Below are positions 1 to 13,480 of a stretch of DNA of 64,000 nt, in pieces. Position 1 is the stretch's first letter, and each line of letters opens with the position of its first letter. The position numbers and the translations under genes are program-made. The notes below the pieces were generated by a model that saw nothing but the letters and a program-made list of their open reading frames with translations, was not told where the DNA came from and ran no database searches. The stretch is from assembly GCF_963921235.1 (NCBI RefSeq), contig NC_086100.1:202432001-202496000 (forward strand). Reading direction: 5' to 3'. Source of the DNA: Mobula hypostoma (taxonomy: Eukaryota).

Positions 1-99
1 AATAATAACGAGATAGTTTATCTTTGGACATATGAGCCCTGTGCACTACTTTAAACTGTATCAACACTTGTTAAGCACATATAAGGATGAATTAACCAA

Positions 100-400
100 C
101 TGAGGAATTTTTCCCCCCATTTTTCAATCGGTTTAATAATCTTAATCCCAATCTTAAACTGAATCATTTGCAAGCTTGAGGAGTTGATCTTTTTCCCACA
201 CTGACATGGATGATTCACTGGAGACATTCACAAATGGGTCACGGATCCACTCCTTTGCTCGTCTCGGGTCACTGATGATCTCGCGTGCGTTAAAATTCAA
301 CAGTGCGTGACAGGGAATGAGGAAAGGTGCAGCTGACTCATATCGTTTCATATCGCCAAATCACATTGTTTCCTCGTAGCCCGGTGGTTGGGGGCCACTC
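100..400 (-). mobile_element. hAT (Charlie/ZBED5-like) DNA transposon remnant
   Basis: ORF 154-351 has DPRRAKEWIRDPFVN...EKDQLLKLAND, resembling hAT transposase C-terminal regions; TIR-like agtggccccaacc on the minus strand near 400. Confidence 0.55.
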
Positions 401-1081
401 TTAGCATGAAGGGAAACCAATCAGGATGCTCGCTCACCCTCTCCAAAAAATCTATTTCTGGGATATTGTATATAATTTCTGGGCGTCAGGGAGCCACTAC
501 CGAGATGCGGGAGACTCCCGGAACTTCCTGGAGAGGTGGGATGTCTGATAAACAAACAAAAAATCTGCTGAAAATGAAATACCCAACAGCACAGCTGTAG
601 TAATACAGATCCGGGGGCTGGGGCTGGGGACTGCGGGCCTACTGCGTGCGTTGTTTGGGAGAGTGTGAGGTGAATGATTTGTTTGTAGCATTATTTTGTT
701 TTGTTTTACACTTTGGACGCGGCTGCTTACATCACTTGTGTTTGGTTGTCTTATAGGGGCCGTAAAGGAAATTTTTCCCCCCAGCCTATCCCTTGTCTTG
801 GGCGGCCGTTTTTTCTTGCCTTTGCATAAACTGCTCACTAGCACTAGCGGTAGTAGAGGCCTGATCGGGGACGCAAATCGAGAAAGTCTGGAGAAGGTCC
901 AAACACACGTTAGGCGTTAGGTGCAGTCTGGTACACCGGGGTTAAAATAGGAGTTTACTTTCATGAACTTAAATAAATACAATCACTTAATCTTTAGTAG
1001 TTCTCTCTTCACCCCCCCGCCCCAAAGTATAATAATGCAGCCCCTGCAATGTCAGTCTTACAATTATGTTCGGATTCATGG

Positions 1082-1932
1082 TGTGACGAGAATACACATA
1101 GATAAGATGTTAGCTGTCCTGTGTGATCAGCAGTTGGTCTGCCACCTGTCTTCAAGAGAGAGATAAGGGACACAATGAAACAGCATCTGGAGATGTGTAA
1201 TGAAGGGACGTGGGAGAGAGAGCTGTCTGGAGCGGCTCCCCCTTTGAACCCTGAACTGTTTGAAGTGATGGACAGGCGATACCCCAGCAGGGGGATAAAA
1301 AGGGACAGGTTCGCTAAGGCAACACACACACGACACCCGAGGTAACGAGACCCTGGAAGCGGTGCGTCTCTCACGAGTCGGTGGGAAGTATCGGACAACG
1401 CACAGGGTGGAAAGGTACGATCAGCGGGAACCCGCTGTGTGTCTACCCTCGCTTGGGTGCCGGGTTCACTGCAGAGGATCGACCGCATCTGGAGGAGAGG
1501 TCACAGTCGGTGACCTCAGGTGACATCACCAAGGACCCGCCCGAAAGCTGCTTGTGAGCAATATCGCCGGTCTGTGAGTGGAAGCCGTTTCTGAATGATC
1601 AGTCGTTCCCGTTCTCTCTCTCTCTCTCTCTCCTCCCACATTGTCCATCGCCATGGCAACGATTACTGCGAACTGAACTAAATTGGACTGAACTTTTGTG
1701 TCACTTTGAAATTTGGTCATTTACCCCTAGACAACGATAGAGCTTGATTGATGCTGTTATCTTAATTCTGTGCACATGTGTGTTTATCATTGCTGAACTG
1801 TTGCATTTATTATCCTTTTGATTACTGTGTTGCTTATTTCTTTAATAAAACTTTCTTAGTTCTAGTACTCCAGACTCCAACTGAGTGATCCATTTCTGCT
1901 GGTTTGACAACCCAGTTACGGGGTACGTAACA
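1082..1932 (+). mobile_element. Solo LTR (Gypsy-like)
   Basis: TGTGACG...CGTAACA termini, 4-bp TSD ATGG (1078-1081, 1933-1936), AATAAA near 1844; 3' end resembles the LTR ends at 23659 and 45479. Confidence 0.85.
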
Positions 1933-2085
1933 ATGGAAACTTGCTCCCCTGGAGAGTTATTATGCGGGAAATGTTAGCTAATCCATCACTCTTCGGGAAC
2001 AAGGTGGCTGAACTTGAGGAGGAGGTAGCTGACCTGTGATGTTGTAGTGCGGTGGACTCATTCCACCCAGATGCAGCACAGAGCT

Positions 2086-2304
2086 TCATAGGAAGTCATT
2101 CCTGCCTGTAGCCATCAAACTTTACAACTCCTCCCTTGGAGGGTCAGACACCCTGAGCCAATAGGCTGGTCCTGGAATTATTTCCTGGCATAATTTACAT
2201 ATTACTATTTAATTATTTATGGTTTTATTACTATTTAATTATTTATGGTGCAACTGTAACGAAAACCAGTTTCCCCCGGGATCAATAAAGTATGACTATG
2301 ACTA
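2086..2304 (+). mobile_element. Rex1/Babar-like LINE 3' end with (GACTAT)n tail
   Basis: Matches the 3' end of the copy at 35572-36640; AATAAA followed by gactat repeats. Confidence 0.75.
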
Positions 2305-3899
2305 GAGAATTGGCAGATGTGCTCCAGGAGTCCTTTAGGGAACTAGTGTGCATCCCAAGAGAGCTACGGGTTGAGACCCCAGACCAGGAAGAAAGAGACA
2401 GGTAGGTGGCTGTGGGAAGGAAGCGTGGGGTAAGAGGTGCACACTGCCCCGGAACACCAGCCTCAGAGTTGGAAGTGTCCAACCATTTTGAACATTTAGC
2501 AATGCTCAATGATGTCCATGAAAACTCAGAGGTGGGAGTCTGGACCCTCTCTAATCCTTAGCCTAAACCCCATAAAAAGGAAGTGGTGATAGTAGGGGAC
2601 CTGTTATCGGGAGGACTGAGAGTCAAGTGTGTACCGACAAGAAGTCTTGTAGGTGTGTTGCCTACCAGGACTACAAGTGGGAGATCCCCTTGGATGAGTA
2701 GATAAGCTCCTGGCCAGAGCTGAGGTGGATCCAGTAGTCATGGTCCACATTGGAACAAATGGCATAGGAAAGGACAGGTTGTCCGTTCTTTAGCTAGTTG
2801 ACATGTTCTTCAGTTAGTTAAGGACTGTTTAAGCTGGGGTATTGTGGGGAAGGAGGCGGCAGAGTTGGGCAAGAAACTTATAACAGACCAGGCTCAACTG
2901 TTTAGACATCTGAGTGGAGAATAACATATTAGGACATAAATTGATTATAGGCTGCAAAAATATAAAAATGGTTTAGAATAGGACGAAAAAGTTCTTTGAT
3001 AGACTAAAGATGGCTGTTTAAATGCAAGAAGTATTAAGAATAAAATAAATAAGCTGGAATTATAAGGAATTACAAGTATGATATAATTGCAATAACTGAA
3101 ACCTGGCATACAAAGGATGGTGATGAATCTAGTACTTTACTTCAGAAAGATAGGCAAGATCATAAGGGTGGAGGAATAGCCATGAACGTAACAGAGAATT
3201 TAAATGCAAGGCTACTTATGATGGGAGATGAATTGAGACTTAGTGAAGATATCTGGGTGATGTTATAAAGCCAGAAGCTTTTTCCCGGGGCTGAAATGGT
3301 TAACACAGGGGGGCATAGTTTTAAGGTGCTTGGAAGTAGGTACAAGGGAGACGTCAGAGAGTGGTGGGTGCGTGGAATACACTGCCAGCGAAGACTGTAG
3401 GGGTGGATACAATAGGGTCTTTTAAGAGACTCTTAGATAGGTACGTGGAGCTTAGACAAATAGAGGGCTATGCAATAGGCAATTCTAGGCAGTTTCTAGA
3501 GTAGGTTACAAGGTTGGCACAACATTGTGGGCCGAAGGGCCTGTAATGTGCTGGAGATTTCTATGTTTCTATGTTATGGGTGAAATTAATTTCCAAAATA
3601 TTGAATGGGAGGACCCAGTGACTAATGGATTGCAGGAAAGTGAGATACAAGAGGGGAGGCCTGGCTAGATTCAATATTCTGGAACAATCAGGATAGAATT
3701 TTGAGTATGGAAGTTGTTGAGCCTTTAGGAATAAGTGATCTTATTATTAGTCTTATTATTATTATTCTCATTGTTAGACTCTCCCCAAAACCTCGAGACT
3801 ATCAGTAAAAACCAAAGCCACTAAATTGAATTTCAGAAAGGCAAAGTTTGCACAGATATGGCAAAGGCTTCAGAAAGTAAACTGGAAGGAACTGCTCGA

Positions 3900-5140
3900 C
3901 ATCTGCAGCATTTTACCACCCAGACTGGACCCCCTACAATTCGCCTACCATCACAACCGATTGACAGACAACGCAATAGCTCTGCTCTACATACGGTCCT
4001 TACACACCTGGAGAAGAAGGATGCTTGTGTGAGAATGCTGTTCTTGGACTACAGTTCAGCATTCAACACCATAATTCCCTCCAGGCTTGACAAGAAGCTC
4101 AGAGACCTCGGCCTTGACCCTGCCTTGCGTAGCTGGATCCTGGACTTCCTGTCAGATCGCCGGCAGGTGGTAAAAGTGGGCTCCCTCACCTCCACCCCTC
4201 TGACTCTCAACACAGGAGACCCTCAGGGATGTGTACTGTCCCCTCCTTTACTCCCTGTATACTTATGACTGTGTCGCCACCTACAGCTCTAATCTGCTAA
4301 TTAAATTTGCCGGTGACACTAAATTGATTAGCCTGATCTCCAACAGCAAGAAGTTGGCCTACAGGGAAGAAGTCATCTCTCTGAGACAGTGGTGTCAAGA
4401 AAACAACCTCTCCCTCAATGTCACAAACAAAGGAGCTGGTTCTGGATTGCAGGAGGAATGGAGACAGGCTAGCCCCTATTGACATCAATGGATCTGGGGT
4501 TGAGAGGGGGAACAGCTTTAAGTTCCTCAGCATAAACATCACCGAGGATCTCACGTGGTCTGTACACACCAGCAGTGTGGTGAAAAAGTCACAACAGCAC
4601 CTCTTTCACTTCAGACAGTTGAGGATGTTTGATATGGGCCCCCAAATCCTAAGGGCTTTCTACAGGGGCACAATTGGGAGCATCCTGACTGACTGCATCT
4701 TTGCCTGGTATGGGAACTGTACTTCCCTCAATCACAGGACTCTGCAGAGAGTGGTGCGGACAGCCCAGCGCATCTGTAGATGTGAACTTCCCATGATTCA
4801 GGACATTTACAAAGACAGGTGTGTAAAAAGGGCCCGTAGGATCATTGGGGACCTGAGTCACACCAACTACTATCTCTTCCAGCTGCTACCATCCAGGAAA
4901 CGGTACCGCAGTGTAAAAGCCAGGACCAACAGGCTCCGGGACAGCTTCTTCCACCAGGCCATCAGACTGATCAACTCACACTGATCTGAGTGTATTTATT
5001 ATAAATTACTATAAATTTATTATAAATTATTATAAATTACTATGATTGCTCATTGCACATTTAGATGGTGACGTAATGTAAAGATTTTTACTCCTCATGT
5101 ATGTGAAGGATGTAAGAAATAAAGTCAATTCAATTCAATT
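3900..5140 (+). mobile_element. Rex1/Babar-like LINE, 5'-truncated RT with (CAATT)n tail
   Basis: DPLQFAY, RMLFLDYSSAFNTI, PQGCVLSP, KTKELV-like motif, RTNRLRDSFFHQAIRLINS; tail caattcaattcaatt. Confidence 0.85.
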
Positions 5141-5407
5141 GACGTTGAGTCAGTTGAGGAACAATGGAGTCAATTTAAAGAGGTAATACATGCAGTACAG
5201 GAAATGTTCATACCCAAAGTCAAGAGAAGCAATAAAAACAATAGATCAACTACATGGATAAATAAAGATATACAAAAAAATCATTGAAGAAATGACAGCT
5301 ACATAAGGAATACTGGAAAATAGTAATGATGTTAACCGTAGGCCTTATGAAAATATGAGATCTAGCGTCAAGAAGGAAATTTGGATTGCTAAAAGGCAGG
5401 TTGAGAA

Positions 5408-5524
5408 TCACAAACAAGAGATCTTTTTTCTCCAGTCCTGCAGAAGGGTCTTGGCCTGAAATATTGACTGTACTCTTTTCCATTGATGGCCTGCTGAGTT
5501 CCTTGAGGGTTTTGTGTGTGTTAC
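5408..5524 (+). mobile_element. Miniature PLE 3'-end insertion with degenerate hammerhead
   Basis: cagtcctgcagaagggtcttggcctgaaatattgactg; 7-bp TSD TTGAGAA (5401-5407, 5525-5531). Confidence 0.7.
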
Positions 5525-6411
5525 TTGAGAAGGATATTGCTGATAATGCTAAGACTGACCCCGAGATAATTTTTTTCAACACTTCAGAAGTAAATGAAAA
5601 GTCAAAGAGGGAGTTAAGTGTATTAGGATTAATAGTGGGGTGATAAATTATGCAGAGAAGAACGTAGCAGATACTCTTAACCATAATTTGCTAAAGTATT
5701 CACCTGTGAAGATGTTAGCATTATGCCAGTAAGTGTAGAGAAACATGAGGTTGTTTTAAGTGACTTAGAGATCTTAGGAAGTGGGGTCCTGCTTCAGCTG
5801 AAAAGGCTGAAAGTTAATAAATCTCCTGGACCAGACAATATACATCCAAGGCTACTTAAAGAGGTCTCTGTTTATATATACAAATCCCTAACATATTTTT
5901 CAAAAGTTATTTAAGACTGGTGAAATACCTAGAACTGGAAATGGGCTAACGTCCAGGTATATAAGAAGGGTGACTGCACTGACCCTGGTAACTATAGACC
6001 AGTAAGCTTAATGTGTATCATAGGTAAGATAATGGAAAGATTCATAAAGAATGAGCTGGAAACGCAACTGATAAGAACAGGCATGTTAGCAGAAAGCCAG
6101 CATGGGTTCAGAAAGAGGAACTTTTGTTTTCATTAATATGCCAGGGTTCTATGAAGAGGCAACTAAAATGTATGGTAACAATAGAGCGGTTGATATTATT
6201 TTCTTGGACTTTGAGGATTTTGACAAGGTACCCCGTAAGAGGTTAATAATCAAATTACAGGAGGTAGGGATCTTGGGTAAGGTGTGCGAATGGCTCAGAA
6301 TTGATCAAAAACAGAAAACGAGTTATGGTGAGAGGATAATTTTCACACCTAGAAGATGTTAAAAGTGGGGCTCTGCAGGGATCAGTTTTGGGGCTACTGC
6401 TGTTTTTAACT

Positions 6412-7030
6412 TAGATTATGAAGACACGTAGTCCTCTTTTATTGTCATTTAGTAATGCATGCATTAAGAAATGATACATTATTTCCTCCGGTGTGATATC
6501 ACAAAACACAGTATACACCAAGACTGAAAAAACTGACAAAACCACATAATTATAACATAGTTACAACAGAGCAACAATACCATAACTTGATGAAGAAGTC
6601 CATGAGCACAGTAAAGTTCAAAGTCTCTCGAATGTCCCACATCTCACGCAGATGGGAGAAGGAAGAAAAACTCTCCCTGCCATGCCCGACCACAGTCCGA
6701 CTCTGAGTCATCCGAAAACTTCAAGCTCTGATCAGCTCTCCGACACCGAGTACTGAGCGCTATCTCTGTCCAAACGATTCGACCTCAACATCAGTCACCA
6801 ACAGCAGGCAAAGCCGGGGATTTTGAGGCCTACCCTCTGAAAGATTCCCAACCATGCAGTAATGACAGCAGCGAACGAGTGTTTCAGAAATTTCTCCAGG
6901 TGTTCCTCTGTGCTTTCACGTCCATTCTCCATCAAATCAGAATTGTCCACGGCCCCTATTTAATGGATACGATATCATTTTCACCAGAGGGCTGCGCACG
7001 CACGGCGCGCTGTTATCTCCTCCTCCCGCC
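6412..7030 (-). mobile_element. ~620-bp non-autonomous retroposon (same family as 17272-17920)
   Basis: Reverse complement shares the GC-rich head and the tail gcatgcattactaaatgacaataaaagaggact with 17272-17920; no convincing ORF. Confidence 0.7.
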
Positions 7031-7079
7031 TTTTATGTTACGTTAATTTATATTAATGGTTTGGAAAAAACACATAAAA

Positions 7080-8747
7080 AGAACTTTGACCAATGGCCAA
7101 TCTGAACATCAGAGGTATTGAGAGGAAGGGACTTCAATCAGATCCACTGCCAAAGGATAAAAGGCAGCAATGGGTCGTGAGAGTGAAAACAAGGCTTTGA
7201 CCAGCAACCAATCGGCGTTTGAGACTGATTAGTAAGACCAAATTAAAGGAAGGCGGGGGCAAGTGCAGTGGCCATCGTCTGAGCGGGCAGAGTCAGAGTG
7301 GTGATCTTAAGGGTTTAGTTCTTTGAGGTTTCGGTCAGAGAAACAAAGCAAAGAAAAGCTCGCTTTTCTCTTTCACTTCTTTCTATCTGCTCAGCTTGAA
7401 ACAGTAGAGACACCAGGCGGGATAGTGAAATTCTCCTCTTGTGGGGTGTGGGAAGACAGGGAGACATCCAGTGTCCCTGACGACAACAACTGCGAGAAGT
7501 GCATCCAGCTGCAACATCTAATAAACTACGTTAAAGGATTGGCGCTGGAACTGGATGAACTCTGGAGCATTTCGGGAGGCTGAGGGGCTGATAGATAGGA
7601 CATATGGAAAGCTAGGTGCAGGACACAGGAAACTGGGTGACAGGAAGGGGAAAGGGGAAAGGGGTTAAGGAGCCAGTGCAGAGTACCTCGTGGCCATCTC
7701 CTCAACAACAGGTATATCACCTTAGATATCGGGGGCGGGGGGTGTGGGGGTAATGACCTAACACAGGAAATGTACAGTGGTCGGGTCTCTGGAAGGTAGA
7801 AGAAATTGTGGTGAGAGGGAATACATAGTTAAGGGAACAGACAGGAAGTTCTGTGAGTAAGAATGATATTCCCGGACAGTATGCTGACTCCCAAGTGCTT
7901 GCGTCTGGGGTATCTGGGATCGAGTCCCCAGCATTCTTACGTGGGAGAATGAACATCCAGAAGTGGTCTACGTAGGTTCCAATGACACGGGTAGGACGAG
8001 CGACAAGGTTCTGCATGGGCAGTTCAGCGAGTTAGGTACTAAGTTAAAGGGCAGGACCTCCAGGGTTGTGATCTCAGGATTGCTACCCATGCCACGTACT
8101 AGTGAGGCCAGAACTAGAACGATTATACAGCTTAATACGTGATCAATGAGCTGAAGTAGTAGGGAGGCCATATGATTTTTGGATCATTGGGCTCTCTTCC
8201 AAGGAAGATGAGACCTGTACAGCAAGGACAGTTTGCACCTGAACTGGAGGGGGACTAATATCCTAGTGGGATATTAGTTTGTTAATGCTGCATGGTGGGG
8301 TTTAAAATAGAGTTGCAGGGGGATGGGAACCAGAGGGCCAGAACAGTGGAGATAGTGGAGAGGTTGTGGAGGCAGATGTTGGTAAGACCTCAGACAAAGT
8401 TAAGAATTAAAAGGTTAAGCATGGTGTCATTAGTGTCCTGAGCTGTGTATATCTCAATGCAAGAAGTATCGTAGGAACGGAGGATGATAGTGCCAAGGAT
8501 GAGTTTGTACAACTCTGGTGTACAAACAGAGGCAATGTGTAGTGAGGAGAGGTTGGTGATTGGGAAAAATTGCAGCCAACGGGATGAGTTGAAATGTAAA
8601 AGGCGAACAAAATAAAAAAAAGAGGAATACAGGACTGAAGGTGTCATATTTGAATGTGTGCGCATATGGAATAAGGTAGACGAACTTGCAGCACAGTTGC
8701 AGTTTGGCAGGTATGATGTTGGACGCATCACTGAATCATTGCTGGAA
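7080..8747 (+). mobile_element. CR1 LINE 5' UTR/ORF1 (Zn-finger, leucine zipper, SGNH esterase) remnant
   Basis: CEKCIQLQHL...LELDEL; VYVGSND-like and VISGLLP motifs; start of EN. Confidence 0.75.
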
Positions 8748-9943
8748 GTAGAAACAGAAAACCTACAGCACAATACAGGCCCTTCAGCCCACAAAGCTGT
8801 GCCGAACATGTCCCTACCTTAGAAATTACTAGGCTTACCTATAGCCCTCTATTTTACTAAGCTCCATGTACCTATCCAAAAGTCTCTTAAAAGACCCTAT
8901 CGTATCCGCTTCCACCATCATTGCCGGCAGCCCATTCCACGCACTCACCACTTTCTGAGTAAAAAACTTACCCCTGACATCTCCTCTGTACCTACTCCCA
9001 AGCACCTTAAACCTGTGTCCTCTTGTGGCAACCATTTCAGACCTGGGAAAAAGCCTCTGACTATCCACACGGTCAATGTCTCTCATCATCTTATACACTT
9101 CTATCAGGTCACCTCTCATCCTCCGTCACTCCAAGGAGAAAAGGCTGAGTTCACTCAACCTATTTTCATAAGGCATACTCCCCAATCCAGGCAACATCCT
9201 TGTAAATCTCCTCTGCATCCTTTCTATGGTTTCCACATCCTTCCTGTAGTGAGGCGACCAGAACTGAGCACAGTACTCCAAGTGGGGTCTGACCGGGGTC
9301 GTATATAGCTGCAACATTACCTCTTGGCTCTTAAATTCAATTCCACGATTGATGAAGGCCAATACACCGTACGCCTTCTTAACCACACAACCTGTGTAGC
9401 AGCTTTGAGTGTCCTATGGACTCAGACCCCAAGATCTCTCTGATCCTCCACACTGCCAAGAGTCTTACTATTAATACTATATTCTGCCATCATATTTGAC
9501 CTACCAAAATGAACCACTTCACACTTATCTGGGTTGAACTCCATCTGCCACTTCTCTGCCCAGTTTTGCATCCTATCAATGTCCCGTTGTAACCTCTATC
9601 CACTCCTATCCACAACACCTCTAACCTTTGTGTCATCAGCGAACTTACTAACCCATCCCTCCACTTCCTCATCCAGGTCATTTATAAAAATCCAGAAGAG
9701 AAGGGGTCCCAGAACAGATCCCTGAGGCACAGCACTGGCCACCGACCTTCATGCAGAATATGACACATCTACAACCACTCTTTGCCTTCTGTGAGCAAGC
9801 CAGTTCTGGATCCACAAAGCAATGTCCCCTTGGATCCCATGCCTCCTTACTTTCTCAATAAGCCTTGCATGGGGTACCTTATCAAATGACTTGCTGAGAT
9901 CTATATACACTACATCTACTGCTCTTCGTTGATCAATGTGTTT

Positions 9944-10758
9944 TGTTACATACTTCATGGATGTCTTGTGACTGTCTTATGAGGATGATGTAATGGTATT
10001 GTGGAGGTCACATGATGTAATTTTCCCGCCAGTGAGGTCACATGATGACCTGTTCTCAACAGGTATATAAAAGGGAGACCCCTGGTGACAAAGTTAGGGT
10101 TTTCAGTTTAGTTTTGTGTTAGATACTCCCTTTTTGCTGTGTATTCAGCTGATGACACAGTTTTGTTTTAGAGTTCTACTTTCTATTATAAGTAGTATTG
10201 GAGAGTGAAGACCTTACCAAAGTTCAGGAATTCGCCGAGTCGAGTAAAGTTGGTGTCGTTTGGCAGTTTCGTAAAGGATCGACCATATTGATTCTTCGGT
10301 CAAGAGATAGTGACCTGCATCTGAGATAACTCCTGCCCAAAGAACAAGGAAGTTCGTGCAAGGTTTGCTCGCCAGGAAAAAGGTCAGTTCCTTTTAAACT
10401 GTTTACTTCCATCATCGTGAATCCTGTGGACAAGGCAGGTTCCAGCTGGGATCAGCAGTAACGACACGTCCTCGAGGAATTCTTTACTTCAGGAAATTCT
10501 CTCCTACTTGACTGCATAAATCTCTTGGACTTTCGAATTTACCATTCTAAGAACTGTGTTCGAATTTACCACTTTAAGAACTGTTTTCGCCTTTACCCTT
10601 TTAAGAACTGTTCCAGAGTTGCCGTGTAGTAGTTAACTTCTGGTTAAGTTAGACATTTAAATACATTTTGCTATTTTTGAGCAAAGTTTAATAAATGTTT
10701 GTTTGTTTTTTATAAAACTTGACTCAATTCTATATTCATAGCTGCCTGTCATGTGACA
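9944..10758 (+). mobile_element. Solo LTR
   Basis: TGTTACA...TGTGACA termini, TSD GTTT, TATATAAAA near 10064, AATAAA near 10690. Confidence 0.9.
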
Positions 10759-11960
10759 GTTTAGTTGCATCCTCAAAAAATTCGATCAGGCTCGTAAGGC
10801 ACGACCTGCCTTTGACAAAGCAATGCTGACTATTCCTAATTATATTATACCTCTCCAAATGTTCATAAATCCTGCCTCTCAGGATCTTCTCCATCAATTT
10901 ACCAACCACTGAAGTAAGACTCACTGGACTATAATTTCCTGGGCTATCTCTACACCCTTTCTTGAATAAAGGAACAACATCCGCAACCCTCCAATCCTCC
11001 GGAACCTCTCCTGTCCCCACTGATGATGCAAAGATCATCGCCAGAGGCTTAGCTATCTTGAAACCTTGCTTCCCACAGTCGCCTGGGGTATAACTCATCA
11101 GGTCCCAGCGACTTATCCAACCTGATGCTTTCCAAAAGCTCCAGCACATCCTCTTTCTTAATATCTACATGCTCAAGGTTTTCAGTCTGCTGCAAGTCAT
11201 CACTACAATCACCAAGATCCTTTTCCATAGTGAATACTGAAGTAAAGTATTCATTAAGTACCTCTGTTATTTCCTCCGGTTCCTGTTACTTGCCCACCTT
11301 TTGATCATGGGAGAGTGGGATGATGTAATTGTCTCATGGCCGTGGGGTGATGTTATGTCACATGATGGCGTGTTCCCTACGGTATTTAAGGAAGCTGCCA
11401 AAGTGTGACACAGTTTTTACTTTTTATTTTAAGGTGCGAAAACGTTGTGCTGGCAGTTTCGCCAATCGCTGCCAGATTTTGTTTGTTGCACCTTTGATTT
11501 ACCTTTACAGTCTAGTATTGGAGAGTGGAGATCTTACCGATGTACGGGAACCCAAAGGATTGGGTAAAGTTACCGACGGTTGGTGATTTGGAAGTGATCG
11601 ACTGTTTGGAATTGGAATTGTCCGGGAAATTGTGGCCTGCACGTTTGAGTTAAAGCCCTGCAAGGTCAGGACAGTTTGTGCAGTGTCCACCCTCCTGAGA
11701 GAAAAGGTCAGTTACTTTACAACTTCGTATTCGACGTGACTGCATTGGACAAAGCATCGCTCACTGTGATCGGCAGATTTGTCATTTTCTTTGGAGAAAT
11801 TATTGCTGCAGCAAAGTCTCTCCTTAAAGACTGTAAAAATCACTTGGACTTTTCAACTTACTACTTTAAAACTGTGCTTGAATTTACCCTTTTTTGTGAA
11901 GTATTTCTAAGTTTGACTGTTTGTTTGATATAGCCGTACACGATTAACTTCCAGTTAAGC

Positions 11961-12904
11961 AACACACACAAAATGCTGGTGGAACTCAGCAGGCCAGACA
12001 GCATCTATTGGAAGAATAACATTCGACGTTTCAGGCCGAGACCCTTCGTCAGGAGTAACTGAAAGAAGAGATAGTAAGAGATTTGAAAGTGGGAGGGGGA
12101 GGGGGAGATCCAAAATGATAGGAGAAGACAGGAGGGGGAGGGATGGAGCCAAGAGCTGGACAGGTGATTGGCAAAAGGGATATGAGGCTGGAGAAGGGAG
12201 AGGGTCATGGGACGGCAGGACTAGGGAGAGGGAAAGGGGGATGGGAGCCCGGAGGAAGATGGAGAGAAGACAAGGAGTATTAGTGAGAGGGACAGAGGGA
12301 GAAAAGAGAAAGGAAAAAAACATAAATAAACAAACAGGGGATGGGGTAAGAACGGGAGGAGGGGCATTAACGGAAGTTAGACAAGTCAATGTTCATACCA
12401 TCGGGTTGGAGGCTACCCAGACGGAATATAAGGTGTTGTTCCTCCAACCTGAGTGTGACTTCATCTTGACAGTAGAGGAGGCCACGGATAGACATATCAG
12501 AATGGGAATGGGACGTGGAATTAAAATGTGTGGCCACTGGGAGATCCTGCTTTCTCTGGTGGACAGAGCCTAGGTGTTCAGTGAAATGGTCTCCCAGCCT
12601 GTGTCAGGTCTCACCAATATATAGAAGGCCACATCGGGAGCACCGGATGCAGTATATCACCCCAGCGGACTCACAAGTGAAGTGTCGCCTCACCTAGAAG
12701 GACTGTCTGGGGCCCTGAATGGTGGTAAGGGAGGAAGTGTAAGGGCATGTGTAGCACTTGGTCCACTTACAAGGATAAGTGCCGGGAGGGAGATCGGTGG
12801 GAAGGGATGGGGGGGGGTGCAGCGAATGGACAAAGGAGTCACATAGGGAGCAAACCAGAAAGGGGGGGAGGGAAAGATGTGCTTGGTGTTGGGATCCTGT
12901 TGGA
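11961..12904 (-). mobile_element. 5'-truncated Penelope-like element (GIY-YIG remnant, 3' UTR, hammerhead)
   Basis: Homologous to ~25680-26610; 11-bp TSD TCCAGTTAAGC (11950-11960, 12905-12915). Confidence 0.9.
12021..12056 (-). ncRNA. Minimal type-I hammerhead ribozyme (intact core, one stem-I mismatch)
   Basis: Minus strand: actc CTGACGA agg gtctcgg cct GAAA c GTC gaat. Confidence 0.75.
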
Positions 12905-13480
12905 TCCAGTTAAGCTAGTTTGTTTACTTTTCGATGTTTTTGAGTAGAGGTTAATAAATATCGTTGTTTGTTTATAAAACCTGACTCAATTTCATATCCA
13001 TTGTTGCTGGACATGTGACATTCCATACACACTTTCCCACTGTCAAATTTGATAGGTCCTATTCTTTCACACCTTATCCTCTTGCTCTTCACATACTTGT
13101 AGAATGCCTTGAGGTTTTCCTTAATCCTGCCCACCAAGGCCTTCTCATGGCCCCTTCTGGCTCTCCTAATTTCCTTCTTAAGTTATTGACCCCTTCCTGT
13201 TCCTAACCTCCACCCACAGAGACTTCGCAGACAATCTCTCCTGGCGTCCTCCTTTTCTGCAGCCGAGACACTATCTCTGATCAACAGTGCCATGCCCCAC
13301 CTCTTTTGCCTCCCTCCCTGTCCTTTCTGAAACATCTAAAACCCGGCACTTGAAGTTACCATTCCTGTCCCTGAGCCATCCAAGTCTCTGTAATGGCCAC
13401 CACATCATAGCTTCAAGTACTGATCCACGCTCTAAGGTCATCTACTTTGTTCACAATACTCCTTGCGTTAAAATAGATAT

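Larger units (their letters stand above)
2305..6411 (+). mobile_element. Decayed CR1 LINE (ORF1 esterase, EN and RT remnants), interrupted by younger inserts
   Basis: VMVHIGTN-like ORF1 motif near 2740; KSPGPDNIHPRLLKE; NYRPVSL; QHGFRK; many stops and frameshifts. Confidence 0.8.
11284..13020 (+). mobile_element. Solo LTR related to 9944-10758, carrying a PLE insertion
   Basis: TGTTACT...TGTGACA termini, TSD TTCC; 3' end similar to 10690-10758. Confidence 0.9.
8748..13480 (-). mobile_element. CR1 LINE ORF2 remnant split by two solo LTRs
   Basis: VRPHLEYCAQFWSP, FDKVPH, NYSPVSLTSVVGK, QHCFVKGRSCLT; the CR1 sequence resumes exactly across the LTR TSDs. Confidence 0.85.
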
